Assembly: GCA_963726195.1 (NCBI GenBank)
Contig: CAVSBO010000007.1
Span: 32,001-96,000, forward strand
DNA: 64,000 nt
Direction: 5' to 3'
From: Candidatus Thorarchaeota archaeon
GTDB taxonomy: Archaea; Asgardarchaeota; Thorarchaeia; Thorarchaeales; Thorarchaeaceae
Under the pieces are notes generated by a model. That model was given only the letters and a program-made list of their open reading frames with translations. It searched no databases and was not told the origin of the DNA. A program made the position numbers and the translations under genes. Below, piece by piece: positions 29,334 to 40,073 of the stretch. The stretch's first letter is position 1, and every line of letters starts with the position of its first letter.

Positions 29334-30142
29334 AGCAGACAGTCGTTCCACCGGACCACCCGCGGAAAGTCTCGCTTGAGATAAGGGAGCGAGTGATAGA
29401 AGGCCATGACAACCACATAGTGGCGACAGCTGGTCTTCTTGCACATGGCAGAGGCGAAGCATTCGACTACTTGATTGGAGAGAAGACTACTGACCAGGCG
29501 CGAGAATCGGCTCGCGCGGCAGTCGCTTCTCTTCTCTGGGCAAATCATCCAGTAATCAGTGTCAATGGAAATGCTTGTGCATTGGCCGCAAAGGAGTTGA
29601 CGGTTCTCGCGGAGCTCATTCATGCTCCCCTCGAGATCAATCTGTTCTACTATGCTAGAGAACGTGAAGATGCTATTTTCAAGGCTCTGAAGAAGGCAGG
29701 TGCGAAGAGGATCCTAGGTACTCACGACCGGCCGTCCTCGACGATACCGGAGCTGAGTAGCAACCGGAGAAAGGTGGACTCTGATGGCATAGCGATCGCG
29801 GACGCTGTGTTGGTCCCTCTCGAAGACGGCGATCGAACAGAAGCTCTGAGGGCCTTGGGCAAGACAGTGGTCGCCATAGACCTTAACCCAATGAGCCGAA
29901 CGGCTAGACACGCAAGCATCACTATTGTCGACAATATTGTGCGCATCTTGCCGGTGATGATAGAGTACGCTCAAGAAATGAAAGACCTGTCAAAGGAACA
30001 GCTCAGGTCAATAGTGTCCAACTATGACAATGGAGCCAGCCTGAGCAATTCTGTTCGTAACATGATGGACCATCTCGAATCGGAGGCTCATGATTGGGAG
30101 GCAGCAAGTGGGATGGCCCAAGAAGGAGGAATCGTCCGATGA
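29330..30142 (+). CDS. Phosphopantothenate synthetase (archaeal PPS)
   Basis: AHGRGEAFDYLIGE, SVNGN, VPLEDGDR, IDLNPMSRT; start overlaps the PoK stop (ATGA). Confidence 0.93.
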   Translation: MKQTVVPPDHPRKVSLEIRERVIEGHDNHIVATAGLLAHGRGEAFDYLIGEKTTDQARESARAAVASLLWANHPVISVNGNACALAAKELTVLAELIHAPLEINLFYYAREREDAIFKALKKAGAKRILGTHDRPSSTIPELSSNRRKVDSDGIAIADAVLVPLEDGDRTEALRALGKTVVAIDLNPMSRTARHASITIVDNIVRILPVMIEYAQEMKDLSKEQLRSIVSNYDNGASLSNSVRNMMDHLESEAHDWEAASGMAQEGGIVR

Positions 30143-31128
30143 AGATAGTCATGATGGGCGCAGGTGCAATTGGGAGTCTGTACGGCGGCATGCTTAGTCT
30201 TGCAGGCGAATCAGAAGTGATCCTCGTGGCGCGCAGACCAAATGCGGATGCCATACGCCGCGATGGCCTGAAGCTCAGAGGTGTTCTGGGCGAGCACACT
30301 GTGCGTTTGAAAGCTACTGCTGATCCCCGACAGATCACTCGAGCTGACTTTGTGTTCATTACGACTAAGACGTACGATACTCTCACTGCTGCTTCTCGAA
30401 TTCGCCACCTGACAGACGATGGCGCTTACGTTATTGTTCTCCAGAATGGCTTGGGTACCGAGAACGAAGTTGAGAAGGTTCTCTCTACGACTCGAGTACT
30501 AAGAGCCACGACCTGTATGGGCGCTCTCGTGACTCGTCCGGGAGAGATCACAGTCACTGGCCGGGGCCTGACCGAGATTGGTTCCCATCATGAGGAGAAC
30601 ATGGAGGTTGTTGAGCGGGTTGCCGAACTGCTCAGACATGCTGGCTTCGAGGTCAAGACAAGCGATGACATAGACGGAGTCGTTTGGACAAAGACGATAG
30701 TCAACTGTGGCCTGAATCCAGTTGGTGCCTTGACGGGCCTAACAAATGGCGAGGTTTATGGAAACAAGGCTCTAAGAGGGCTTGTTCTTCGTCTGGTGAA
30801 GGAGGCAGCCCAGGTAGCTGAGGAACTGGGCGTAAAGCTCACTACTGAGGACCCTGTTCGCTATACCCTAGGCACAGCGAAAGCCACTGGGGCCAACGTC
30901 AACTCAATGCTTCAGGACATCCGAGCGAGGAAGAAAACAGAGATTGATTCCATCACTGGTGAAGTGATTCGCTTGGCTCATGAGATGGGCATCGAGACGC
31001 CCGCAAGTGAGGCAGTATGCGCATTGGTTAAGGCTGTCGAGTTGGAATACCTCAGAGATTCTGGTTCTCGGAGTGCTGCAGAGAGCACAAGCTTGGACGA
31101 AGTCACCGAGGTCACGACTAGCTCCTGA
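30139..31128 (+). CDS. panE: Ketopantoate reductase
   Basis: GAGAIG, LQNGLG, WTKTIVN, NSMLQD, TEIDSITG. Confidence 0.92.
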   Translation: MKIVMMGAGAIGSLYGGMLSLAGESEVILVARRPNADAIRRDGLKLRGVLGEHTVRLKATADPRQITRADFVFITTKTYDTLTAASRIRHLTDDGAYVIVLQNGLGTENEVEKVLSTTRVLRATTCMGALVTRPGEITVTGRGLTEIGSHHEENMEVVERVAELLRHAGFEVKTSDDIDGVVWTKTIVNCGLNPVGALTGLTNGEVYGNKALRGLVLRLVKEAAQVAEELGVKLTTEDPVRYTLGTAKATGANVNSMLQDIRARKKTEIDSITGEVIRLAHEMGIETPASEAVCALVKAVELEYLRDSGSRSAAESTSLDEVTEVTTSS

Positions 31129-31806
31129 ACCAGCCGCGTGCCATTTCGTATGATAGGCGAGCTGAGCTCTTGGCATCTTGGGTTATCGCCTGCATATGAC
31201 CAGGCAGGGCAACGTCAAAATCGATCTGTGAAATCCTTCTGAGTGACTGCACTGAGCTTTGAAGAGTCTCCTGTGGGAAAATCCACTCGCCCGAAGCTGC
31301 CCTCAGCAAACATCGTGTCACCAGTAATCATCAGACCGAGGTCTTGGTCGTGTAGGCAGATGCTGCCGATAGAATGGCCGGGCGTGTGATACACCTGCAG
31401 ATTCACATCACCAAAGCTGAGGAATCGTCCCTCTTCGAGAGGGTCATCGATCCTTATCGGAGGCAGTTCCGCTCCGAATGTGTCCGCCAACGTGAGACTC
31501 CATGTCCCCGGAGTTGATTCGGTCCGCCTCCTCTCTATGCAAATGGATTGTCGGTGACGCCGATTCGAGAATCGGGATTAGACCTCCAATATGGTCGATG
31601 TGACTGTGTGTAAGAACGACATCAGTGATTGCCTCTGTGCTTGTCCCTAGTGTCCTGAGGTCCAAGTCGAGCTTGGGTGCGTTTAGGCCGGTTCCTGTGT
31701 CAACAAGCACATGGAGGTCGCCGCCATCGATGTATATTATATTGCTGTCAAATGATGTGCTTTCAAGGAAATAGACTTGGCCCGCTATTTTCTCAAACAC
31801 AATCAA
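31118..31806 (-). CDS. Metallo-beta-lactamase-fold hydrolase (two +1 indels, ~31495 and ~31255)
   Basis: LVDTG, THSHIDHIGG, HTPGHS, TGD, LPGH spread over three consecutive ORFs. Confidence 0.85.
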
Positions 31807-32932
31807 TCACCTGAGGTGTTTGACTAACCTATCGACTTCCTCGTGCGTATTGTAGAAGTGGGACGAAACACGAAGTCTGCCGTTCCGGACCGAGCAATGG
31901 ATCTTTTCTTTTAGCATCGACTTCTGCAGTTCTTCCGCGTCTCGCGGAGCGCATGAGACAATTGCGGAGCTGTTCTTTGGTCCGAAGTCATAGTACTCTA
32001 TTCCGATTTCCGAGAGTCTTTTTCGGAGGTAGCTTGCATTGTCGAGCGCGGCTCTCTCTCTAGTGCTGGAAGGTAGTTTCATCAGAACCTTCAATGATTC
32101 GATCAATCCAACATAGGATACTACGGCTATTGAACCGACTTCAAACTTGCTCGCGGTTGGCAGTGGTTCTCTTTCTGAATAGGTGAAGTCCTCAATGTTC
32201 TTGACTCCCCACCATCCAAGAAATCTCGGCTTTATTTCGTTGACAATGCTTTTTCTGATGTAGATGAATCCAGCCCCAACGGGACCAAGGAGCCACTTGG
32301 CCGCTTGTGCGGCAGCGAAGTCGACTTCCTCCTTTTCCAAGTCGGTGTTGATACATCCGGCTGCTTGGATTATGTCTGCGAAAAGGTAGCCGCCTGCGTC
32401 ATGGACAACACGAGCTGAGGTCCTTGAGCTGCATCCTGAATCCAGAAGCAAATTGGACCTGACTTACGGCCACGACCCTAGTTTTGTCATCGATTTTCTC
32501 CTTGAAGCTCTCTACGGATGCTGCGCCAACGCGTGATTTCACAATTCGGAGTTCGGCGCCATATAACCTAGCAGCATTCTGCCAAGGAACGTAGTTCGCG
32601 GGGAATTCTAGGTCGCATATGACGATGTTTGAACCTCGGGGATAATCGACGCCGTGGGCGAAGATATTGATGCCCTCCGAGGTGCTTGGAACCAATGCGT
32701 ACTGGGCCTCAGTTCCTCCCAATAGCTTGGGCAGAAGACTTCGGGCTGTCCTGAGAGTCTCTATGACACGCTCGAAATCATCGTTGGCGTGAGCTATGCC
32801 ATCGAGGTATTCCTTCATGGCCCGTATCGTCGTAGCAGGCGGAATGCCGGTCGAAGCGTTGTTCAGATACGTCATTTCTGCAAGCGTGGGAAAGTGCATG
32901 GCTACAAAAGCAGGGTCGATACTGTCGGGCAT
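31807..32932 (-). CDS. Class V PLP aminotransferase / cysteine desulfurase-selenocysteine lyase-like (frameshift near 32420)
   Basis: YLNNAS, STSEG, EFPAN, DIIQAAG, AKWLLGP (PLP Lys), LRVSSHFYN. Confidence 0.82.
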
Positions 32933-33021
32933 TGAGCCGAGGTGGAGTGAGAACCTCAGATAAAGCTCACTGGAGTTGGCAATCCCCCCAAAGTTTATTG
33001 GTTGCCTGCACAGGCTAGGAA

Positions 33022-33897
33022 TTGGAGAGCGGCTTGTCGGTATTTCACAGGCTGGCGGCGCGCCTAAGGAGACACAAGACCAAAGAGCCTCCTCACGTTG
33101 CAAGCGCAGCTTCAGAGGCATTGGTTCCTGCCAAAGAGCCCGCAGTAGGTCTGCCAAGTAAGCCAATGAAGACTTCATCAACGAAGGAGTTGATGGAACC
33201 CAAGTATCCTGCCCCGGTGGGAACATTGGTGGCGTCAAGCGAGGGGTTCACGATTGATGCTGCAGCTACAAGAAGATTGGCCCGGGCCGCAGACATTCGA
33301 CCCCAGATGACCGCTGAGATCGTACCGGGCAAGGTATTGAAGCGGGACGAGAAAGGTCGGATTCACCTCAAGATAGTGTTCTATGGCCCTTCTTTGTCGG
33401 GCAAGACCACAGCACTCCGCTGGCTATTCGCGAATGTCCGATCTCTCTCAAAAGGCAAGATTGTTGAAGTTGCGGACGAACTAGGACGAACAACATTCTT
33501 TGATTTTATTCCTATTTCTGCAAGCGAGAAGATTGTGTTTGATGTGTTCACTGTTGCTGGCCAGAGGCGCCATGCCGGCAACCGAATCGCTGTACTGAGG
33601 GACGCGGATGGCCTGATTTTCATGGCCGATAGCACACCTGAACAAATGAATGAGAACTTGGCATCGATTGGAGAGTTACGGTTGGCCATGGGTACCGACA
33701 GAATGGCAACTCTCCCGATAGTTGTGGCACTCAACAAGAGAGATGTGGCGAACGCTCTGCCTGTTGACTATATGGTCACGATGATGGGCCTCGAAGGCTA
33801 TCCTGTATTTGGAACCGTAGCCACAGCAGGCACGAATCTGTTAAGGATGTTTCAGCGTGTCTTGAGAGATGCACTGGTTTTCAAGGTGGGAATCTAG
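33022..33897 (+). CDS. MglA-like small GTPase with N-terminal extension
   Basis: KIVFYGPSLSGKTT, GRTTFFDF, TVAGQ, DGLIFMADS, NKRD. Confidence 0.87.
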   Translation: MESGLSVFHRLAARLRRHKTKEPPHVASAASEALVPAKEPAVGLPSKPMKTSSTKELMEPKYPAPVGTLVASSEGFTIDAAATRRLARAADIRPQMTAEIVPGKVLKRDEKGRIHLKIVFYGPSLSGKTTALRWLFANVRSLSKGKIVEVADELGRTTFFDFIPISASEKIVFDVFTVAGQRRHAGNRIAVLRDADGLIFMADSTPEQMNENLASIGELRLAMGTDRMATLPIVVALNKRDVANALPVDYMVTMMGLEGYPVFGTVATAGTNLLRMFQRVLRDALVFKVGI

Positions 33898-33914
33898 AGC
33901 TCTCAGGTTTCTGC

Positions 33915-34676
33915 CTATCCCTTCATCAAGGGGAGTTCACCTTTCTCAAGCTGAGCTATGAGTTCCAGCAGCTCTCGTGCAGCTTCCTCCATGAACCGAT
34001 TCCCTTTCTCGCGCGTCGCCTTTCTCGGGTCTCCGCGAACGGCGGAAGGAAAGAGCTCTCCTCGATATCTGCCTGATACGATGGCATACTTGACTTTCAC
34101 TTCAGAACTCTTGTAGGCAGAGGTGTCAACAAGGTCTGGCCGCACGCACATCATTTCTGAAGTCTCGTCCTCGGCCGCATGGCCCTCGGGCGATTCTAGG
34201 AGCTTTTGTCTGATTTCCTTCCCGAGGTCTGTCCACCAGTTCACAACTATCACGGCGCGTTCGCCCACCATTGTGGACTTCCTAGCCGCAAGCTGAAGCA
34301 GAGAGGAGTTCCCACCGTGGCCATTCAGTGCGACGATGTATCTGAAGCCATGCTTGAAGACCGACTCCATTATGTCACTGTAGTAACTGAGCAAGGCGGA
34401 AGGGCTCACGCAAATCGTGCCCTCGAACTCTTCAAAGGTCCAACTTTCTCCAAACGGGATTGGCGGCAGTACAAGCGTTTTCGTTCTATTGGCAACAATG
34501 TCAGCAAGGTAGCTTGGAAGTATGGTGTCGGAGCCAAGAGGAAGATGATCTCCATGTGCCTCGAGCGCACCCACGACCATGAGCGCAACCTCGGTCTCGT
34601 GGCAGGCCTTCATGAACTGTTTGTGTGTGAGTTCTTGCCAGTAGGGCATATGTTGTTCGGGATACTCCGGTCTCAC
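33915..34676 (-). CDS. Creatininase/creatinine amidohydrolase family
   Basis: GALEAHGDHLPLGSD, NGHGGN, HAAEDETS. Confidence 0.9.
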   Translation of the reverse strand: MRPEYPEQHMPYWQELTHKQFMKACHETEVALMVVGALEAHGDHLPLGSDTILPSYLADIVANRTKTLVLPPIPFGESWTFEEFEGTICVSPSALLSYYSDIMESVFKHGFRYIVALNGHGGNSSLLQLAARKSTMVGERAVIVVNWWTDLGKEIRQKLLESPEGHAAEDETSEMMCVRPDLVDTSAYKSSEVKVKYAIVSGRYRGELFPSAVRGDPRKATREKGNRFMEEAARELLELIAQLEKGELPLMKG

Positions 34677-34830
34677 TGAGACCTAATTAATCATCTGGAA
34701 AGCGAGAGTAGCCGTCGAGTCGAGGAACAAGTCCACGCTTTTCGGCGGGCAAGACCGAAAAGGTAATTAAAGTAGGCCAACGAGCCTCCGAACTGGACCC
34801 CCTCAAAGGGGAAGTGCCCCTTTTGGAAGT

Positions 34831-34936
34831 AGCCCCGTGGTGTAGTGGTCCAGCATAGGAGCCTCTGGAGCTCTTGACCGAGGTTCGAATCGTTGTAGGA
34901 TTCGTCCACAACGCGAACGTCCTCGCGGGGCTACCA
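34831..34936 (+). tRNA. tRNA-Gln(CUG) with 30-nt intron at 59/60 (34890-34919)
   Basis: Acceptor AGCCCCG/CGGGGCT+A+CCA; anticodon stem GGAGC/GCTCT with CTG at 34865-34867; T arm CGAGG-TTCGAAT-CCTCG is restored after intron removal; BHB motif. Confidence 0.95.
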
Positions 34937-35156
34937 TCATTTCGCTTCAGACATACTCAGGTCGTTCTTCCGTCTGATATAGCCCGACAGGAGAGCCGTC
35001 TTGAATTCCGGGAAGGTCTAAGCTTCACAGAACCGCGATTCTTACCAATGAATACTGAGCTTTTCTAAAAAGAGAACGGTTCGATGATTCTTGCTGAAGC
35101 CGGCGCATCTTCTCTAGGAACTATACATTTATAGGCACTTATGTGATTGAATAATC

Positions 35157-35262
35157 GGAGATTAGACCCGCAGCTGCATGGTCATCTATGCGAGCGTCCT
35201 GTTGTGATATTCTGCGTCCCTCCCGGCGGAGATTAACAGGTGGCGGGTCCTCCACCTTTTTC
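35157..35262 (+). ncRNA. Candidate small structured RNA (three-way junction)
   Basis: TTTATA at 35128-35133; GACCCGC/GCGGGUC closing stem, two hairpins, trailing U-tract. Confidence 0.5.
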
Positions 35263-35426
35263 TTGCCTAGCGAGTGATGCATGACTGGAAGAAGGATTAG
35301 TGCAAGCACGCAAGCATGTGCGGCCCTTCCTTTGTTGTCCTGTCAGCTCTTCGTCGACTAAAGCATCGCCAAATCAATGATAATGTTCATATCACTTCTA
35401 TTTGACGCGGTCAGCTAGATGAGCAA

Positions 35427-36236
35427 GTGATGGAACAGGTTGAGCGCGGCTGGGATGACTTCTGGGCCGAGATACTGCGTGTGAAATACAGAAACACGTT
35501 GCAGGGTATTGAGCAGTATGACAAGATGGTCGCGGATTTTTGCGTCGAAGTCTTGCGCCTTCATTCTGGCAGTGAGTTATTGGACATCGCTTCAGGTGCT
35601 GGCGACCAAAGCATTGAGTTTGCGAAGCGCGGGATGATTGTCACCGGATTCGACCTTGCAAGGAGTCTTGTCAAGGTCGCGCAAGAGAGAGCAAGACAGG
35701 AAGGCGTTACAGTAAACTTCTATCAGGGCGACATGCGCGACATGAGCTACAATCAGCGATTCGATGCGGCGGTCATGCTAAGCCACAGTTTTGGTTTCTT
35801 CGATCACGAAGAGAACAGACGTGTCTTGCGGGAGTCGCACGAGGCACTTGTCGACGGCGGCTCTCTCCTGCTGGACCTCATGAATCCGTACAATCTGCCA
35901 GTGTTCCAGAAGACATGGACGAAGATTGAAGGCGGCTATTTGCTCAGCGAGCCTCATGTCTTCGATGCTCCCGCAGGCGTGCTGAGGGGCCGCTCGCCGA
36001 CATTCATTGATGTAGATAGAGGAGTTGTGGTGCTCGCTTCTCAGGACGCATTAGCAAACAACGACATCAGAATGTACACCGCACCCGAGATACGAGTGTT
36101 GCTCGAAGAAGTGGGTTTCACGAAGACTGAGTTGTATGGCCAGAACAAACTTCCTCGAATGCCGTATACAGTCAGGTCGGAGAGACTCGTAGTCTGTTGC
36201 GACCCGGTGAAATCACAGGTCGATAGGCTTTTATGA
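35427..36236 (+). CDS. Class I SAM-dependent methyltransferase
   Basis: LLDIASGAG, VTGFDLA, GDMRD, FDAAV, SFGFF. Confidence 0.9.
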   Translation: MMEQVERGWDDFWAEILRVKYRNTLQGIEQYDKMVADFCVEVLRLHSGSELLDIASGAGDQSIEFAKRGMIVTGFDLARSLVKVAQERARQEGVTVNFYQGDMRDMSYNQRFDAAVMLSHSFGFFDHEENRRVLRESHEALVDGGSLLLDLMNPYNLPVFQKTWTKIEGGYLLSEPHVFDAPAGVLRGRSPTFIDVDRGVVVLASQDALANNDIRMYTAPEIRVLLEEVGFTKTELYGQNKLPRMPYTVRSERLVVCCDPVKSQVDRLL

Positions 36237-36337
36237 CCAAGATAAAGAGGGGGCCTGAATCAGTGACGAGGTTATCGGCTACTCGGCCGAGTTCTCTTGC
36301 ACCGATGTTTCATTTCGGAATGCATTGTCTTTAGAGA

Positions 36338-38559
36338 GTGAGTAGAATGGTCAAAATAAAGGACCCGGACGCAATCAGGGCACTGATAAAGTCTGACGAT
36401 TATCCACACAAGAGAATCGTATCTATTAGCGCGCACGTTGATCACGGCAAGACAACAACAAGCGACTATCTGCTACGTCATGCCGGTCTGATGAGCGATG
36501 CAGCGGCAGGACAAGTGCTCATGACTGACAGTGACTGGGAAGAGCAGCAACGAGGCATCACGATTTTCACCTCGGTGGTCCTGCTCGATTGCGAAGTAGA
36601 TGGAGAGGAATACCTGATTCAGCTTTCGGATACACCGGGTCACCTTTCGTTCACCGGTGAAGTATCGCGGGCGCTTAGGGCAAGCGATGGAGTCGTGATT
36701 CTTGTCGATGCCCTGGAGGGCGTTCGCACTCAGACAGAAACCAACATCCGCCTTTCAGTAGGTGGTGAGGGCTGCAAACCGGTGCTGTTCGTAAACAAGG
36801 TTGACCGACTCATCAATGAGCTGAAGTTGCCACCTGCCAAGGTCTACGAGCGCATCGATGCCATCATCAAGAAGGTGAACGAACTTATCGCGAAGGTCGC
36901 CCCACCAGAGTTCTTGAAAGCATGGCAGGTCAGCTTCCAAGAGGGTAGTGTCGCTATCGGAAGTGCAAAGACCGGCTGGGCATTCACCATGAAAACCCTA
37001 GACAAGAAGGGGATAAAGCCCATAGTGGTCTTCGAGAAGTATCAGCAAGGTCAGGCAGACTGGCTCAGGCAGAACCTACCCCTTGATGAAGCCCTTCTTG
37101 AGATGATTGTCCATCATCTGCCGAATCCGAGGGAGGCACAGCAATACAAGATACCCCGGATTTGGAAAGGCGACCTTGAGAGCCCACAGGGCAAGGCACT
37201 TCTGAGCTGCGACCCGAATGGCCCTGTCTTAGGCATGATAACCAAGATTTACGTAGACCCGAAGAGCAAGAGGCCAACTCTGATTGGACGTGTTTTCTCA
37301 GGCACACTCAAGGCAGGCCAGGAGATTTCTTGGTGAACAGGAGAGAAAAGGCCACTGTGAAACGTCTTGGTGTGCAAGAGATTACGGACATGCTTGACAT
37401 CGATGAGGTGCCTGCTGGGAACTTGTTCTCGGTCTTCGGTTTCATTTGCCCCGCTGGCGAATCGTTTGTTGAGGCTGGCTCAGATATGAAGCCGTTCGAG
37501 GCCATCCAGTATGCGAGCGAACCAGTCGTGAGCCGGAGTATCAAGCCTGTTGATCCTCAGGACATAGCAAAGCTCGATGACGTTGTCTCTAAGTGGATTA
37601 TGGCTGACCCAACAGCCAGGTTCCACCGTGACAAGGAATCCGGAGAGTATCGGCTGGATGGAATCGACCCACTACAGATTGAGATTCTTACGGGAAGAAT
37701 CAACGAGCAGGTCAAGATCAAGATATCAGACCCAGTGATAGTCTACAGGGAAAAGATATCGACTCGCGGCGGTGAGTTTCACACGAAGTCTCCCAACGGT
37801 CACAACAGACTGAGAATATACGTCGAGCCTCTTGACGAGGCGACCCTCAACCTTTTCCGAAAGAAGAGGATATTCTCAGACATGAAGGCTCAAGAGGTAG
37901 GCCCGATTCTGCGTGAAGAGGCGCACTGGGACCCGAAGGAAGCCAAGAAGATACTTGACATCTATGAGTCTTGCCTACTTGTTGACGCCATGTCTGGTGT
38001 GCAAAGGTTCGATAGGATACTTCCATACGTGCAAACGACGTTCAGAGACTTTTGTGATTCTGGTCCTCTCGCGCATGAGCCTATAATGGGAATCAAGGCA
38101 GTCGTGACAGATGCGACTGTCCACAATGACCCTGCTCACACTGGGTTCACTGAAATCACCACGATGACAGCTGCTGCTCTCAATATGAGCTTCTTGACTG
38201 CCAACCCCTCTCTGTATGAGCCAGTCCTTAATGTTGACATAAAAACTCCAACGGACACTCAGGGTGCAGTCATCAAGGTTCTGACAGGTCACAGGGGACA
38301 AATAGTGACCATAGAGGCAGAGGAAGACACAGTCACTGTGAAGGGTATGCTCCCGACTGCTGAGACAATCGGTATCGCGGACGAGTTCAGAGGAGCGACC
38401 TCCGGTAGGAGCTTCTTTGGCTATGAGTTCCGGGGATTTGATCCATTGCCGACAAACATGCAGCAGGAGAAAATCCTGGACATACGCAAGCGAAAGAAGA
38501 TGCCTGCCGAGATGCCCAATACCGCCTCGTGGGCAAGGTTTGTCTACAAGAGAACTTAG
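36338..38559 (+). CDS. fusA: Elongation factor 2, divergent (probable Asgard EF-2 paralogue); 1-bp deletion near 37327
   Basis: AHVDHGKTT, RGITI, DTPGH, NKVD, KSPNGHNR, LYEP; domain IV loop HNDPAHTG; gagatt(t)cttggtg restores the frame. Confidence 0.9.
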
Positions 38560-38714
38560 AACGTATGGATTGAGTGACGCTCGGAAGAGTGTCGCTCATT
38601 GCCTCTTTCTTGACTGCCACAAGAACGCCGTCTTTTCTTTCACTTGTTTGAAGTACTCGAGCAACTATTGGATAGCTTTTGACGCGCAGTCTCCTAGATG
38701 TATATGGGATTGAA

Positions 38715-40073
38715 ATGGATGCGCGACCCGAGCTCGAACGCTTGGTCTCGATGGATACGGTGAGTGACACCAAGTCTGGCAAGCGGGTGTTGCCAAGATG
38801 TCCACAGTACATCAAAGAGAAGCTTGAATCCGCGGGTTTCACTTCTGATATTTTGGAGTCAAACGGAGTATTGACCACTTTTGGCCGCAGGGGGCAGGGC
38901 TCTTTCAAGATTCTGTTCTTAGCACACTTCGATGTAGTTCCGGTTAGCGAAGGATGGAAAACCGATCCCTTCTCCCTTACTGTAGAAGGCGATAGAGCAT
39001 ACGGCAGGGGATCATTAGATGATAAAGGCAACATCGTTTCCTTGCTTCTTCTTGCAGAAATGCTTGGCAAATCCGAGCCCCCTTGCACCGTGATGATTGC
39101 AGCAAGTGGAGACGAGGAATTGGGAGGAGAGAACGGCGCCGGCTACCTCAGAGGATACCTGATGAAGAACGGGCTATTCCCCGACTACGTGGTTGTAGCC
39201 GACGGTAGTGGGCAGAAGGTGATACATCGTAGGCGCAACATCCTGCCAACCACTATCAAGGTCAAACAGGCGTTGGCTCGGATGAAGGGGCAGATGGAGA
39301 CCATCCGGTTCACTACGGACACGTTCGGGACTGAGACACGTCATTCCGCATACTTCAGGCCAGGTGTGGACCGCCATGCAATGCTGGCCGCTTCTAAGTA
39401 CCTAGATCTCAATCCGCAAGTGGTTGTCCGCGGAATTCGGGGGGCATTCCTGAAGACAAATGTGATTCCTGATTGGGTCGAGCTAGATATCGTACGACCT
39501 GCTACATCTGCCAGTGAGGTCGAGTACGACAAAGCGCTAACGGGTCTGATTAGATCCCTGCTTCCGATGTCAAACGCTCAGTTTCCCACGAAGTACTCAG
39601 ACATGGGAATCTTCGTCTCCCCAAACTTGGCCTCCTTAGAGAAGAACCTATGGACAGTGTACTGTGACGTAAGAGCGATGACAAATGACAAGGAGGCCGT
39701 GAGGACCGCTTTTGAGACGTCGTTGAAGGGAAAGGTTGACGTTTACTCGCTCGAAGTGGCACCCGGCAAGGGCTTCGTTGAAGCAAACGTCGAGTCAAAG
39801 CTTATTCGTGCTGCGACCTGGGCCCTCGAAAAGGAAGGCATCAAGTACACGATTGGAGAGGGCTACGGCGCGTCAGATTCGCGTTATTTCTCAGATGTGA
39901 AGGCAGGCCTCTTCGACTTCGGTCCGCGTGGAGACAATATGCATGGAGCCAACGAGTGGGTGTCTCTCACTTCGATCGAGGAGAACGCGTCTTTCTTCCA
40001 GACTTTGCTGGAGGTGCTTTCGCGTGAGAAGCCCGTTTCTGGACGACCTGTATCGGCGTCATCCCGACCTTAA
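38715..40073 (+). CDS. M20 family metallopeptidase (ArgE/DapE-like)
   Basis: AHFDVVP, YGRGSLDDKG, DEELGG, GASDSRYF, HGANE. Confidence 0.9.
   Translation: MDARPELERLVSMDTVSDTKSGKRVLPRCPQYIKEKLESAGFTSDILESNGVLTTFGRRGQGSFKILFLAHFDVVPVSEGWKTDPFSLTVEGDRAYGRGSLDDKGNIVSLLLLAEMLGKSEPPCTVMIAASGDEELGGENGAGYLRGYLMKNGLFPDYVVVADGSGQKVIHRRRNILPTTIKVKQALARMKGQMETIRFTTDTFGTETRHSAYFRPGVDRHAMLAASKYLDLNPQVVVRGIRGAFLKTNVIPDWVELDIVRPATSASEVEYDKALTGLIRSLLPMSNAQFPTKYSDMGIFVSPNLASLEKNLWTVYCDVRAMTNDKEAVRTAFETSLKGKVDVYSLEVAPGKGFVEANVESKLIRAATWALEKEGIKYTIGEGYGASDSRYFSDVKAGLFDFGPRGDNMHGANEWVSLTSIEENASFFQTLLEVLSREKPVSGRPVSASSRP

Noticed and set aside
31807-32932. Selenocysteine lyase feeding SelD
   Set aside because: 13 kb from selD with no diagnostic catalytic Cys loop recognised; family assignment too broad.
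36260-36310. Possible C/D-box sRNA in the EF-2 leader (GUGACGA...CCGA)
   Set aside because: No convincing C'/D boxes or guide spacing; only a short hairpin.
37320-37336. Programmed frameshift or naturally split EF-2
   Set aside because: A single missing T in a T-run restores the frame, the same error pattern as the rest of the window.
39967-40073. 107-bp convergent overlap of M20 peptidase and ileS
   Set aside because: Both tails look non-conserved; probably stop-codon loss from an indel rather than a functional overlap.
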